A DNA stretch of 64,000 nt from Lama guanicoe (Eukaryota). The stretch lies in NCBI GenBank assembly GCA_013239625.1, contig MU054122.1, positions 522,773-586,772 of the forward strand. The letters are read 5' to 3'. Position numbers and translations under genes: made by a program. The notes below the pieces were generated by a model. That model made no database searches. It was not told where the DNA came from and saw nothing but the letters and a program-made list of their open reading frames with translations. This document shows, one piece after another, positions 40,910 to 53,586 of the stretch (position 1 is the first letter of the stretch; each line of letters starts with the position of its first letter).

Positions 40910-41005
40910 CTTCTAGGAGCATGCGTATCAAACTGTGGCAAAATTTTTCACTTAGAAGTATGTTCGAGAGATTTTGCTAGTGAAGTAAGCAACGTCTTAA
41001 ACAAG
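40910..41005 (+). CDS. STAM: STAM exon 4, VHS ([32 protein letters not shown])
   Basis: Acceptor cttttag|, donor AAG|GTAAGG; 96 nt; follows an 81-nt intron. Confidence 0.98.
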
Positions 41006-41512
41006 GTAAGGAACACTATTTCCAGAAATGAATTAAGACTGTCTTCTTTCTTCATGTATTTTTTTGTTCAGTTCTTCACATTTTTAATCACAAAGGATTA
41101 GTTCGTGCTTTTTTTTAAAAAAACTCTTTCTATGCTATTTCTATCCCGTATATAAGTACATGGTATATTTTCGCTGAAGAGACTACGAATTTATTTAACT
41201 TAGAGGATTAGTTTTTGTCAAGCCAGATTAGAATATATTTAACCTCTTTTCTTCATCATTCCTTTCTTCTGATGAAAAATGTGTGCATTTCCTATCTGAT
41301 TAAGAGGTGCCAGTTTACTTTAGGCACAGCTTTTGTAACCATTTTTTTTTTCAGACACAGAGATATTTTCCTGGTTTGAGACTGTTCAGAAATACTGAAC
41401 GAAATGTGGCACTGTTAAGTTTTCATCTTGACATGAATAAGGCCACTACCTAACCATCACAGGATTTTAATATTATACTATCTGCTTAACTGAATGTTAA
41501 GAATTCAGATCC

Positions 41513-41642
41513 AGGGAGGAGGGTATAGCTCAGTGGTAGAGCACGTGCGTAGCATGCACAAGGCTGAGGTCCTGGGTTCAGTCCCCAGTTCCTCCATTTA
41601 AATAAATAAACTAATTACTCCCCCAAACAAACAAACAAATAA
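41513..41642 (+). mobile_element. tRNA-Ala-derived SINE (Vic-1-like), sense to STAM
   Basis: gggtatagctcagtggtagagcacgtgcgtagcatgcac...gtcctgggttcagtccccagttcctcca plus ctaattactccccc and an (AAAC)n tail. Confidence 0.9.
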
Positions 41643-42705
41643 ACAATTCAAAACAAGCAATTTAGGGAATTTAAAAAATTTAATTTGCTAAGTAATATGT
41701 GAGTTTTCTCAGTAAAAATTCATACATTCTAAAGGTAATTATTTCTGGCCTTTTTTTGTGGTGGGGTGTTATATGTCAAGAAAAACAATGTTAAAAGGGA
41801 AAATGCTTCATGTTTTTTGGGAAAAATGAGTATCTCCAGATCTTAGTAGGGAACAGTACAGAAATGAAATAAGAATTTAAAATTTTGTACTTCTTTTAAA
41901 ACGTTATGGTTATATAATAATTTTTTTCCTGTTCTGCTTTATTCAGTTATATTTAGGTATTTGCTAGTACTTAAAAGCAATTCTTTTGATATCCTGAATG
42001 TTCATCAAAATGTACAACTGTTTGTGAAGAGATTCTAATATAATGTTTAATTTAATTTAGTTGAAAATCTATACTCATTATTTAGTAACATGGACAACTG
42101 TTTTGAAAAGCAAGCAGTTACATGTAGGAGAAAGAACTTCTCTTTATTTTCTAATATTTTACAGTGAACATGTTGGTTTTATAATTAAAGGGAGAATGTA
42201 CTTTGAAGAAATGAAGTTTCCAGGAATACTGACATGTAATGGATCTCAAGCCAGGCCTCAGATAATTAAGTAACTTGGAGAAAACAGTCATGCACGTTTA
42301 AAGTCAGGAATTAGGAATAAAGAAATTGTAATATTTAGTCTCTCCAAGTTAGTTTGTATTGGTCTGCAGAAAACAAAACAACTTTTCTTTGTCTTTCTCA
42401 TATACAATGCTTGCTTAGTTTCAAAATACTCTGAAAAGTCCTGTCTTTCTGACCTCCAAAATAAGTTATATATTTAATGTTTTAATTTGATGTGAGACAT
42501 GTAATGGTGTCTTCTGTTTTTTTTTAATAGTGTGAAAATAAAATTAGTTTATTTCCATTAACTGTATTTTCTTATGCGTTGTCTGTAACTAGGGATAATT
42601 CATGATTTAAAAAGAGATCTGAAACATTTTTATATTTAAGGTATCCATATTAAATCATTAGCCAGGAAATTAGTGCTTTTTATTAAATTTTTTCCTGTTG
42701 TTTAG

Positions 42706-42852
42706 GGTCATCCTAAAGTATGTGAAAAATTAAAGGCTCTCATGGTTGAATGGACCGATGAATTTAAGAATGATCCACAGCTTAGTCTAATATCAGCAAT
42801 GATTAAAAACCTTAAGGAACAAGGAGTTACGTTCCCAGCTATTGGCTCCCAG
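42706..42852 (+). CDS. STAM: STAM exon 5, end of VHS ([49 protein letters not shown])
   Basis: Acceptor gtttag|, donor CAG|GTATTT; 147 nt. Confidence 0.98.
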
Positions 42853-44424
42853 GTATTTTGGATAAAGTTGTGTGTGTGCTACAGTTTGTTTCTCTAAAGT
42901 AGCCATGTTTATTTGAATTTTCTTTTTTCTCCAAGCCTGGGTAGTTTTTACTACTCCAGAGGTATTTTTGCTAATAAGAATCTTGCATATAAAAGTGCCA
43001 GAGAAATATAGTGAAATATTAATGTGTTCGAGCTTTCGTTTCCTCACCTTCTCCTCCTTTATAAATGAATTCATTTGACATTTTGTGATTTTTAATATTT
43101 TATATAATTTTAATAATACTGACAAAACTGCTTTATTAATACTGACGTTCTTGTTAAATGCTCTTAATGCTGTAATTTTATCTGCAAAGAATGACGGCAC
43201 GAAAACCAGGATTCCTTAAAATTTAAGGATGTATTTAGAGGTTCTTTTGATTTTGAAATTTATGAGTACTTGTATTAAAAATGGGAAGGAGATATAAGGG
43301 GGTCATTGGGAAGAGAAGCATATGAAACATCTTTTCCCTTAATAAGGGCTAAGTCTTCTTTCTTTCTCCTAATAAGTATGGTTGACTGAAAGGCTTAACT
43401 TGCCTTTAAAAAAAAATTTATATTATGGGATCAATCTCTAATTTATGTCATACAGAAAAAAACCGAAAGATTCTTATTCTTTTCCTATTCTGGGTAACCA
43501 TCCTTTAGTATGTCCAATAGCCGAGTAGGCTTAAAATGTTTGCTGGTTCACTAAGCTGTCTTTCCCCACTATATGGACTTGGGTAGGGCATAGTGAGTGA
43601 TGTGAAAACACGAGCAGAAAACACTCTTCAGTTATGGAGGGCACACATTTGGGGTTTCAACCACTTCAAGGGAATTACGGAATGATTCATCCAGGCTCCT
43701 CTAGACTTTCTTCCCAAGGCACTTCTAGTTTATCTGAGTACTCTTGAGATGTGAAGACCCAGAAATATATTTTGGAGATGAAGGAGAAAAAGGATATTTT
43801 TACTTTTACTTGAAAAAATTTGATTTAGTAATAGTTTTATGATGATAAATCATGTCTTTGAGAAGAATTCATCTATAAATGACAGCTGGCTTTTACTACT
43901 CCCAGAATAATTTCTAAAATCTGTATAATTAAGGAATAGTTTTATGCAGAGTAATCCAAGGTATCTTATGATAAGATATCCTTGACAATAGAAGCAATGT
44001 TTAATTATCAAAGAGTAGACTCACTACTGAGAACCAAAGAGTAGTCGCTTCATGGAATTGTAGTTTCTGTACCCTGAGAACTTATTCTAGAGCTTGTTAC
44101 TTAAAATGTCATTCATTTACCATCCTCATTTTCACCTGGAAGCTTATTAGAACTGGACCATCTCACTCACTTGGAAATGTGCCACTCCAACCAGTGGATT
44201 CACCATCTCCATTTTAACAAGATCCCCGGATGATCCTGTATGCACGTTAAAGTTTGAGCAGTGCTATCCTTGAGTACAGCTTTCAGTGCAAATGAAAACT
44301 GAATATTCAGTCCACAGCGGGGCTTGTTCTGTAAGAAAAGGACGGAGAACTAATGATCTGTTTGATGTGTAGCTGTGTTGGGTTAACCTAAAATCTCATA
44401 GTTGTGGGGACAACTCAGGGATCC

Positions 44425-44570
44425 TCTCATCTAATCCCCTCATTTTACAGATGAGGATACTGAGACCCAGAGTGGTTAAGTGACTTGCCCAGGGCCACAG
44501 CTAGTAGGTGACAGAGCTGGAAGTAGAACACAGGCGTCCTGACTCTCAGTCCAGTGTTCCTTCCACTACA
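44425..44570 (-). mobile_element. MIR
   Basis: cattttacagatgaggatactgagacccagagtggttaagtgacttgcccagggccacagctagt. Confidence 0.85.
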
Positions 44571-46059
44571 CGATCCTGCCTTCCGTTTGACGTAGAGGTT
44601 AGTGGATATGTGTCTGTCCGGACTAGGCTTCAAAGGACAAGAAGTGGAGTGAACACTGGCAAGAGCTTTTACTTACTGATTGGCATCGGAGTTAGATTAC
44701 CCTCCTGTTCCAGAGATTAAGGACATAGATCAGCAATACTAAAGTTAGGAGTTACTTTTTGTATTTCCCCATCTAGATGTTATAAAATGTGTGAAAGCTC
44801 ATTTTGGGATAGTTGCCATCTTTCAAGAAATACGTAAAATGCATATAAAGTGAACTATGATGAGGTAAAATGGTGATTTTGTTTTGTAATAGTAGTTTCT
44901 GAAAAGCTTTTCATTGAAAACCATGTTTGTAAAGAGCTTTGTGTTTAATGAAAAAATGTATCCTCTGGGATCAACTGCAGAAGTCCCTCCAAATTTTAGT
45001 CACTTAGTTCTTTAATTTGTTACTGTGTCTTAATCAGACTAGATCTTTGTTAGCCTCTGAAAACATAAGGATTTTTTTTAAAGTATATTTTTTCATCCAA
45101 GTACAGAAGAAAATAATATAAAAATATTAAGAAAAGTCTATTTTATTCACCTAACTCTTGCTGCGGTGGTTCTCATAATGCTGACTTTTGACAGAGAGGT
45201 AAAAGTAATGTTAGCTCTGCTACTGTATTTGACTCGTTAATAAGACAAGTATCGTTGCTATACTTGGAACCTGATGATACAAAGGAACTTTGAAAGGAGC
45301 TCAGTTCAGGAATGTCGGGCTTAATATAGCTCGTTTCTGCACTTCCTTCTTGACCAACACAGATCCCTTCACAGACCACAAAAGATCATTCTGTGAAATG
45401 CACCCAATTGTGAAAAAAGATATTCAAATACAATGAAAAAGGTTGCCTCTGACCAAGCATACTTATATTTTTGGAAGTGTATGATCATTAAAACATTATT
45501 ATCTAAGGAAGGTTACAATTAGAGATGGATCAAATTGAGGGTGCTTAAAGTTCTTTTCAGTGAGCTTTTTTTCCAATCAGCTTTTCTAAAAATAAATGCC
45601 TTGTGCATTTGTTTGACATTATAAAATATATTAAGTAAAGAGTATAGAACTGTATTTTAGTATGATGTTGAATACAGCCTGGTTATGGAGTCAGATATGT
45701 AGGCAGAGAATTATAATAGAAGCTGAGATTTATTGCCTGTTACTATGTACCAGACACTGTTCTAAGTGCCGTGTGTGTGGTAATTTGAATATTTTTTAGA
45801 ATTTCATTTTTTAATTGATTGCTTGGTAATTATGGTATATATTTGTAACTCTTCACAATCTATTTTGAGTTAATAGTGTATTTATTCCATGTAAAATATA
45901 GAAACCTTGTAACTGCATAGGGTTTGAGCATCCTTTATACTGTAGTTATATGTATGACATGTGTTACATCTCCATACGTTATAAATCTCAGAAGACAGGG
46001 TGATACATTCTGTTTTAAACCCTGAGTGGCCCCCATCGCATCTGATTTGGAAGCTATAT

Positions 46060-46240
46060 GTATTTAATCCTCCCGACAGCCTCTGGTGTGTAGGTACCAT
46101 TGTCACCCTCACCTTGTAGATGAGAAACTTGAGGCACAAAGAGACTCCTGTACCCAAGGTTCATGCTTTAGAAAGTGATGAATCTGAGATGTGAACCATG
46201 CTTGCCTGACTCTACAACTTGCATTCTTAAGTACCCATAT
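46060..46240 (-). mobile_element. MIR
   Basis: atttaatcctcccgacagcc...gtagatgagaaacttgaggcacaaagag...cccaagg. Confidence 0.7.
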
Positions 46241-47199
46241 CACAGTACCTTGTTATCAGAGCAACACAGAAGAGGAAATGCTTAATTAAGGGGTTTAGGA
46301 ATGTTTCATAGAGAAAGTGTTATTTTAGCTGTTCACTGACGTGGTGAGTTGAAACTCAGTAGGGAGAAATGTGGGTGGAATAAAAGGAGCTAGAGGGGAG
46401 GACATTTTAAGTAGAAGGAAATGTGTGTCAGAGGTGTAAGAGTGTGTGAGTGTGTATGTGTGTGCTAGCAGTTTCTGGTAACTGATAGAATGGTTGAAAA
46501 TGAGGCTGGGGTCTGATTTGCCTTGGTGGCCTTGCAAAATCTAAGTGGCCATTGAGGCTTAGAAGCTTGTAATTTCCGTTAAGTGTTAATCAGTTTATGT
46601 ATTTATTTACTTGTACACTACCTTATTTACAGAATGTGTTTAAGATGGACAATAATTTTTGTCAGAATTAACTATTAGTATTTTGGTTTACAAAATAGTA
46701 TGATTTTACAAGCATTTGTATTATTTATATAAACCTGGGTTCCTAAAGATAACATCCTACATCCTGACTTTTGATCTGGAAATAAACAATGAAATATAAT
46801 TCTTGAATAGATATTTAAGAACTACTCGTGTTTAAAATAGTCATCTCCTTCCCACTTTCACCCCCTTTTCTGGTTTTAGAATTTTCCAAAAACGTTTGAA
46901 TCTCCTCTCGTCCGTCTTCTCTGGTTTGCATACTTTCTGCTTTTAGTTGAACCTCTTCATGCAGATTGGGAGAGTGTGAGCGGGCTGTCGGGCCTAAGTA
47001 TCCAAATACTTTCAGTCTGTTTTCTCCAGTTCTGCCTCATCTCCTCCTTTCAAAGTGGAGGCTGCTCCAGTTGGGTTTCTTTCTTCCTCAGAAGTCTGTG
47101 GCAGATTGATGAGAAGGGTCTTGCAAGTTCTCAGATTAGTTGGGGGTAGGAAAATTTGAGAACACCTTTCAGAGATTGTTTTCCTTCTTTCTGTGGTAG

Positions 47200-47290
47200 G
47201 CTGCAGAACAAGCAAAAGCAAGTCCAGCTCTGGTGGCCAAGGATCCTGGTGCCGCGGCTAACAAAAAAGAAGAAGAAGATTTAGCAAAAG
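47200..47290 (+). CDS. STAM: STAM exon 6, linker and start of UIM (AAEQAKASPALVAKDPGAAANKKEEEDLAK)
   Basis: Acceptor tggtag|, donor AAG|GTACGC; 91 nt. Confidence 0.97.
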
Positions 47291-47509
47291 GTACGCTTCT
47301 AAGTTCCTGATCGTGGGAGGAAGAGAGGTCTCTTACTTGATACTTCCTTCTGTTCTGCCCCCTCCCCGAGATATTTAAGAATAAAAAAAAAAATAGGACT
47401 TTATGGCTGAAGCTGAAGCTTACTTTGTTCTTTCTCCTTTTCTTCCCCTCTTTGCTAACACATCTTTCCTCTCCTCTTCCGATGCAGCTGCTGTCCTGTG
47501 TGTCCTTTC

Positions 47510-48435
47510 AGTTTATGTTTCTATAATATTTTTACTGTACTGTCTTTGTAGCCATAAATAATGCCAAATACTTTTTTTTATGTCCAGCAAGTTCTTTTTT
47601 GATAAACAGTATACTCTAGGTACCATCTCCCACTGTTTTTTTTCCTGCAACAACATGTTTGAGATCTATTCATAATGAGATGTATAAATCAAGTTCATTT
47701 GTTTTAATTGCTGTGTAATATTCCAATGCACTAATAGTACATCCTGTAATTTATCTGTCCTCCAGCTAATGGACATCTGGGTTTTCTGATTTTTTTTTTT
47801 ACTATAGCAAGTATGCTGCATCAAGTAGTATCCTTGTCTGCATTCTCCTGTGTGTGTATATGTATGTGTGTGTGTGTATTCTGTGGTATTTTTGGCTTAT
47901 GAAGTAGGTGCGTCTTCAACTTTGCTAAGTAGTTGTATTATTTCCTTTTCCATCAGCAATATATGAAAGCTCTTATTTTTAATCTCCTGACAATATTTGG
48001 TATTGTCGGAGTTTAATTTTCGTGACTGATAGGTTTGAAATATCTAATTTTAATTTTACTTTTCTTGATTTCTAATGAGGGTCAGTCCTTTTATTTTTGG
48101 TATGTTTATTAGCTGCTCTGATTGTCTTTCTTTTTCTATTTTTTAATGATGTATAGAAAGTCTTTATTTTGGATATTAATTTTTTGCCTGTTACATCTGT
48201 TGTAATAGCTACTCTTGGGTTTTGGCTTACAATTTAACTTTGATAATGTCGTGTTATATTAAACAAGTTTTAAATTTTGATGGAGTTGAAATTCTTGACT
48301 TTCTTTTATGATTTTTGCTTTTTTTAAGTCTTAAGATATTTTTCTGTACCCCAAGATCCCAAAAGATATTTTCTTATGTTTTCATACGATAGTTTTAAAG
48401 TTTTGTTTTCCCGTTTGGCCTTCATTGATCTGGAA
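47510..48435 (-). mobile_element. Highly diverged antisense L1ME-type fragment
   Basis: atgtttgagatctattcat, ttaattgctgtgtaatattcca, tttaaattttgatggagt. Confidence 0.6.
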
Positions 48436-49152
48436 CAGAAGTAGAAGGGAAAAAGGAGTTTATGGGTTGAGTTGAAAGTAAGGTAATCAGTTTGTTAAAA
48501 TTACATTACAGTAACTGAGTGACACATGGTGATGGCCTGCATTGGGGGAGGAGATAGAGCAGACACATCTGAAATCTATTTGGGGGATTTGTTAGGTGAG
48601 ACTTAACTGTAGTCATTTCCAAATTCCAGTTTAGACTGATTACATAAAAATTACCTTTGGAACAATAAAATACAGATTCTCAGATACTGCCTTTGAGACT
48701 GATTTAGTAAGTCCTCAGTGAAAGACTCAAGCTTGGGGCTCTTGACTTCTCAAGTGATTGTGATTATTATTTAGTGAACTTAAGCTGTAGAAATACATTG
48801 AAAAGATGAATGAAAATGTAAAATATCTGCAGCTAAATTAAAAAAATTGATTTGAGAGTTTATATCTTTTTGTTACCCAGAATAATTTAAATTGTATGTT
48901 TAGTAAAAATAGTCATCATGCTGTACAGTTTTTTAAATTAATTTATTTTTTAAACTTTCAGTTGTGGATGAATGAATAAAATTGTTGAAGGTATTTTTTG
49001 TTCAGGATGTTGTATCATATCATGGATATGTCCTGGTTTCCCACTACATTATTGAAAGAGGAATACTTTTTACTTTCAGATATCTTTTTGTACTACTTAT
49101 GATTGTTGGATATATTAACATTTTGGGTTTTTTTAAACCCATTATTTTCTAG

Positions 49153-49345
49153 CCATTGAGTTGTCCCTGAAAGAACAAAGGCAGCAGTCGACCACCCTTT
49201 CTACTTTGTATCCAAGCACATCCAACCTCTTAACTAACCACCAACATGAGGGCCGAAAAGTTCGTGCTATATATGACTTTGAAGCTGCTGAAGATAATGA
49301 ACTTACTTTTAAAGCTGGAGAAATTATTACCGTTCTTGATGACAG
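49153..49345 (+). CDS. STAM: STAM exon 7, end of UIM and first half of SH3 (AIELSLKEQ...[28 protein letters not shown])
   Basis: Acceptor ttctag|, donor AG|GTGATG; 193 nt; SH3 AxYDF motif; overlaps track ORF 49161-49349. Confidence 0.98.
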
Positions 49346-50066
49346 GTGATGGTTAATATTAAGTTCAACATTCATACGAAAATATTGAACATATTCTGTG
49401 TTTCACGTTATTCCTGCTGAATGCCTTCTCAAACAAAAAAATAAAATGTTGAAGCAAGTAGTTTTTCTGTATGACTTTGCTCATGTCACACCGTCTGGAT
49501 TCTTATTTTGTAGTTTCATTTTTTCTCTTTGTTTAAATGGTCTTTGTTTTGAGGGTCTAGTTTAATCTATTCATTCTTGGTTCCATCCAGTATTATAGAT
49601 TGTTAAATTAGTATAAAAGTTAAGACTTTAGAGAATATACCAAATACACATATTTATGGAATTTATAAGAAATACATAATATACTGAATTAATTTATTTC
49701 CACAGAATAGTACTTCAGTATGGAACAAATTCCTTTTATGTGGAATTATGTACATTTACATTATCATAGAGGAGGTGATACAGTGTATCTGTTTTGTTTT
49801 TGTTTTTGTGGCAAAATATTTAATGCTGCCATCTCCATGGTGGACCACTGGGGGCTATGAGGGTTGAAGCTGGGCATCTGGTTATTTTTACTACAGCTTT
49901 ATGTTTACTTGAAAATTAGTTGTAATAGTGATACATTCATTTCTTCCTTCGTTGGGTTGTTGTGAGATTCAGATCTGGTTAGTAAGGTAAGTTAAACACT
50001 ATAAAAAGTAAAGATACATAGAAATAAAAATTGTTATAGTGAAGCATTCTTTTTTCTTGCTCTTAG

Positions 50067-50161
50067 TGACCCCAACTGGTGGAAAGGTGAAACCCATCAA
50101 GGCATGGGGTTATTTCCCTCTAATTTTGTGACTGCAGATCTCACTGCTGAACCGGAAATGA
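50067..50161 (+). CDS. STAM: STAM exon 8, second half of SH3 (SDPNWWKGETHQGMGLFPSNFVTADLTAEPEM)
   Basis: Acceptor tcttag|, donor A|GTAAGT; 95 nt; SH3 WWKG and GLFPSNFV motifs. Confidence 0.98.
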
Positions 50162-53100
50162 GTAAGTATTTTCCAGTCTGTCAATGGATGATAATCCATA
50201 ATTCCCTAAAGTTCAACTTTCTGGAGCAGGGACTATCAAATGTTAGTGCCTCCAAGTTGTCCCTTAAAAAATGCACCTCCCCAGTCAAATTACTTATGAG
50301 GAATCATCTAATCCAAGAATTGAAATCATCTGTCTACCAAAATTATCTTTAGACAGACTATGGACTTTAAAAAAAAAATACATATATATGTATATATTTA
50401 TATGTCCTTGTAAAAATGAAAATTAAGAGGTGTTACAGAATTTATGCATTATGTATTTTTGTTTTCAGTTGATAAGAATGTGACATTCAGTGTAAGCTTA
50501 CAGGGAAGCTTTTCTTCTTTTCTTCCTATTTGACCATCTGTCTAGAGTCTAGCCCCAGACTTGGAAACAGTGGCCTCTAAGCAACATAACGGCTTTCCTA
50601 AGCCACCATATCAGATATTCAGAAGGGGCCATAACTAATCATGTAGATAATTTTTGGATTTCCAAGCCTTTGCTGACTAGGAGAAATAGACTAGAAAGTG
50701 GGGCCAAAGGGGAAAAGTGGTATTACTGGCAGTCACAATCGTTGCAGGAGATGTAACTGCCAGTAGCCTATTAAAATGTTGGTAGGTGGTTCACTGTATT
50801 TCTACATATCACTCTAAGGAGTCCTCATAATGATGAGTGTGAGTCCTCAATATTAAGTCATAATCTTCTGTTTAAGGAAACAGAAATATGTTTCATCTAG
50901 AAAGAGTTCTATTAGCCACTGAAATGTTTAGAGTTTTAAAAGGGTTTTTTGTATATAAGTCAGTAAGCTACAGTTATCTGGCAAAATACCTCATCTTATC
51001 TTTCTGTAATGCCAGGTAGAAAAGATCAGAGAAAGCTGTGAATCACCATCAGCTTTGGTCTTTTTTTGTTTGCAGGAATTTTAAGAAAGGATCTTTTTCT
51101 CAGTCATCTTTTTATTTCCAACAGTACTTGATGCTGAATCTTATCCAGAATACAGATTATATAAATATTTATAGAATAAATGATACATAAGTGTCTGTGT
51201 ATTAACAGTAAAGATGTACTTTTCTTTGAAAACAAGAAATGTTCCTTTTACAAGAAAAGGCTTTAATAATAGACCAGACGTTATAGACCTTTGGTAAAAC
51301 AACACCCTCTCCTAGTTATCGTCAGGATGTCTTGTGCTACTTTCATGGAGACAGATCTGGTACCCATTCCTTTAAGGGAGTTCTCTTTGTTAAACTCAAA
51401 AAAAAAAAAAAAAGCAAAACCATGTTGTACAACCTTGTTTAAATGGCAGCGCATAATGTGCTGACTTTTTAACCTGGCTGATTGTGGTTGTTTTTTCTGT
51501 TTGTTGTTTGGGTTTTTTTTTTTTTTTAAATCTTGAATTAGATCTTGGAAGGGATAGAGTTGTCTTGGATTTCCATTCAAGGTGAGATCCAAGATCTCAT
51601 GTCGATAAGGTAGTCATCTCATCTTTTTTCCCATCACATAGCACTGTAGCCTTAAAATGAATATTCTATTTATTCTCCTGTGTCTCACTCTGGACCACCT
51701 AAAAGAGAAACCAGAGCATCGGAGCGTATGTAATGACGTTATAGTCCTCAGGCTTGGAAAATGAGTGTTAGCAAGATCCTTGTAGCGTTGTTCTTTATAG
51801 GAGAACAGAAGCCACCTCACTTAATGTGTCAGTTAGAAAGCTTGACCTACTTAGCTTGTTTTCATTTTGGAGATGCAATAAGGTTTTGTTAAAGCTCTTT
51901 ATCATGTATATGTATACACAGACGTCTGTATATCTCTGTACATATGTATATGTGGTGTTATTTATACATACACACAATATGCACACAAACATACACACAC
52001 ATACATAGTAATAGTGTTAGTCCCCAGGAGAAAAAGCCCTGCAGACATGGGTGTGGTCAGCTGTTAGGATGTCCCGTCTACCATGTGTTCTCTTAATGGG
52101 TAGCAGCCAGTGCAGTGCTGTCCCAGCCTTCGACTCGCTAATAGCTCAAGATATAAAAAGCAAAAATGTCTGTAGCAGATGGCTCTTTTTCTCCCATGGG
52201 AAAACAAAATCAGTTGAAACCTTTTTTTATGTGTAAAATTTTGCTTTTGGTGACTTGTGTGGGTGAATATATTCCTTATACTGTAAAGTAAACTATTTCC
52301 ATTTTATATGAAAGCACACAACATAGAATACGTAAGTGGTATGACTCCTTGTTCTTCGAGTAAAATCACAGGCCAGATTCCAGTAGTGTGGGCTAGTAGA
52401 GCTGGCATTCAAATCCAGGCGTTGCCATCTATGCGCTCTCTCCTATGCAAGGGTTTTTACTCTTTCTAAGCCACTGTTAACCTCATTTATAAAACGAGCA
52501 TATCTCATAGCATTGTATTGGAGGTTCCTTGTGGAAAATGCAATATTCCATGACGCACATTTAGTAGTTTAATATATATTATTTCCCTTTCTTAATTCTG
52601 CCCCTTTCCCACCACTTCTTTCCATCTTGATGCTTTAATATTTTTGGAAATACTGATTAACTTCATTGATACAAGTATGAAAAAAATCCAAAAAGGAAGT
52701 TCATTCCTTTAAAGCTGTTTGTCCACTCAGTATTATTTTGGAGAAGATTAATTGCCATGTTAATCATAACTTTATATTTGCTAGTTAATTTTACATTGAA
52801 TATTTTTTAAAAAGTGCTTTGTTGGGCAAGAGAAATATATGCTTCTGATTTGCAGATCCCTTAATAACCACCTTTTCATTGCAAAGAATACCGTAACTAA
52901 AAAATATAGACTGATTTAGTGGAAAATGCAGATCCCTGCCAAGGCCACTTGTAAAGTTCTCCACTGGCCTGGATGTCATTCCCTTAGTAAAAAAAAAAAA
53001 AAAAAAGAAGTCTGAGTGGTGTGTGGGGAACATACAGCTAACTTCTCAATTCATTATATTGAAATAGCATGGCCTGTGGAAAAATGGAAATTTTTCTGTG

Positions 53101-53497
53101 AAAGGACTAGTAATTTATAAAGAGGATTTATTTCGAATAGCAGAATTCATTTATGCCAGTGTAAAACTTTGCTTTTTGTTTACCAGTTTACCAAACTCTC
53201 ATGTGTAAATAGGTGATTAATCTTTGTTTCAGAAATACATCTCTTATTTTTAGAGAAATCTCTGTTCTGGAAAAGATACAATCTTTAGAAGAGAAAATTA
53301 AGAAATCATCACAGAATATCCTAAAGTAATGTTTTGTCATTATTGCCTAAATCTGCAACCTAATTATCCATTAAATTGTGTCTCTCAGATTGAAGGGAAT
53401 ATAAGAAAAACATAAATTCTCTCCTGGAACCGAAAGTGCTTTAAAATAAAAATTTAAATTTATGATAAGGAAAAGATAAATGTTGCATGTTTTACAG

Positions 53498-53586
53498 TTA
53501 AAACAGAGAAGAAGACGGTACAATTTAGTGATGATGTTCAGATAGAAACAATAGAACCAGAGCCGGAACAAGCCTACATTGATGAA
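53498..53586 (+). CDS. STAM: STAM exon 9 (IKTEKKTVQFSDDVQIETIEPEPEQAYIDE)
   Basis: Acceptor ttacag|, donor GAA|GTAAGT; 89 nt. Confidence 0.97.

Noticed and set aside
41521..41596. Apparent tRNA-Ala gene
   Set aside because: It has an insertion and substitutions in the cloverleaf, is followed by the SINE tail, and has five sibling copies in the window. It is a SINE.
50162..50352. Open read-through of exon 8 into intron 8 (track ORF 50104-50352)
   Set aside because: The donor A|GTAAGT is strong and the extension has no protein-like signal; likely chance.
53498..53506. Alternative in-frame acceptor CAG 9 nt into exon 9
   Set aside because: It has no pyrimidine tract of its own and the sequence gives no evidence of use.
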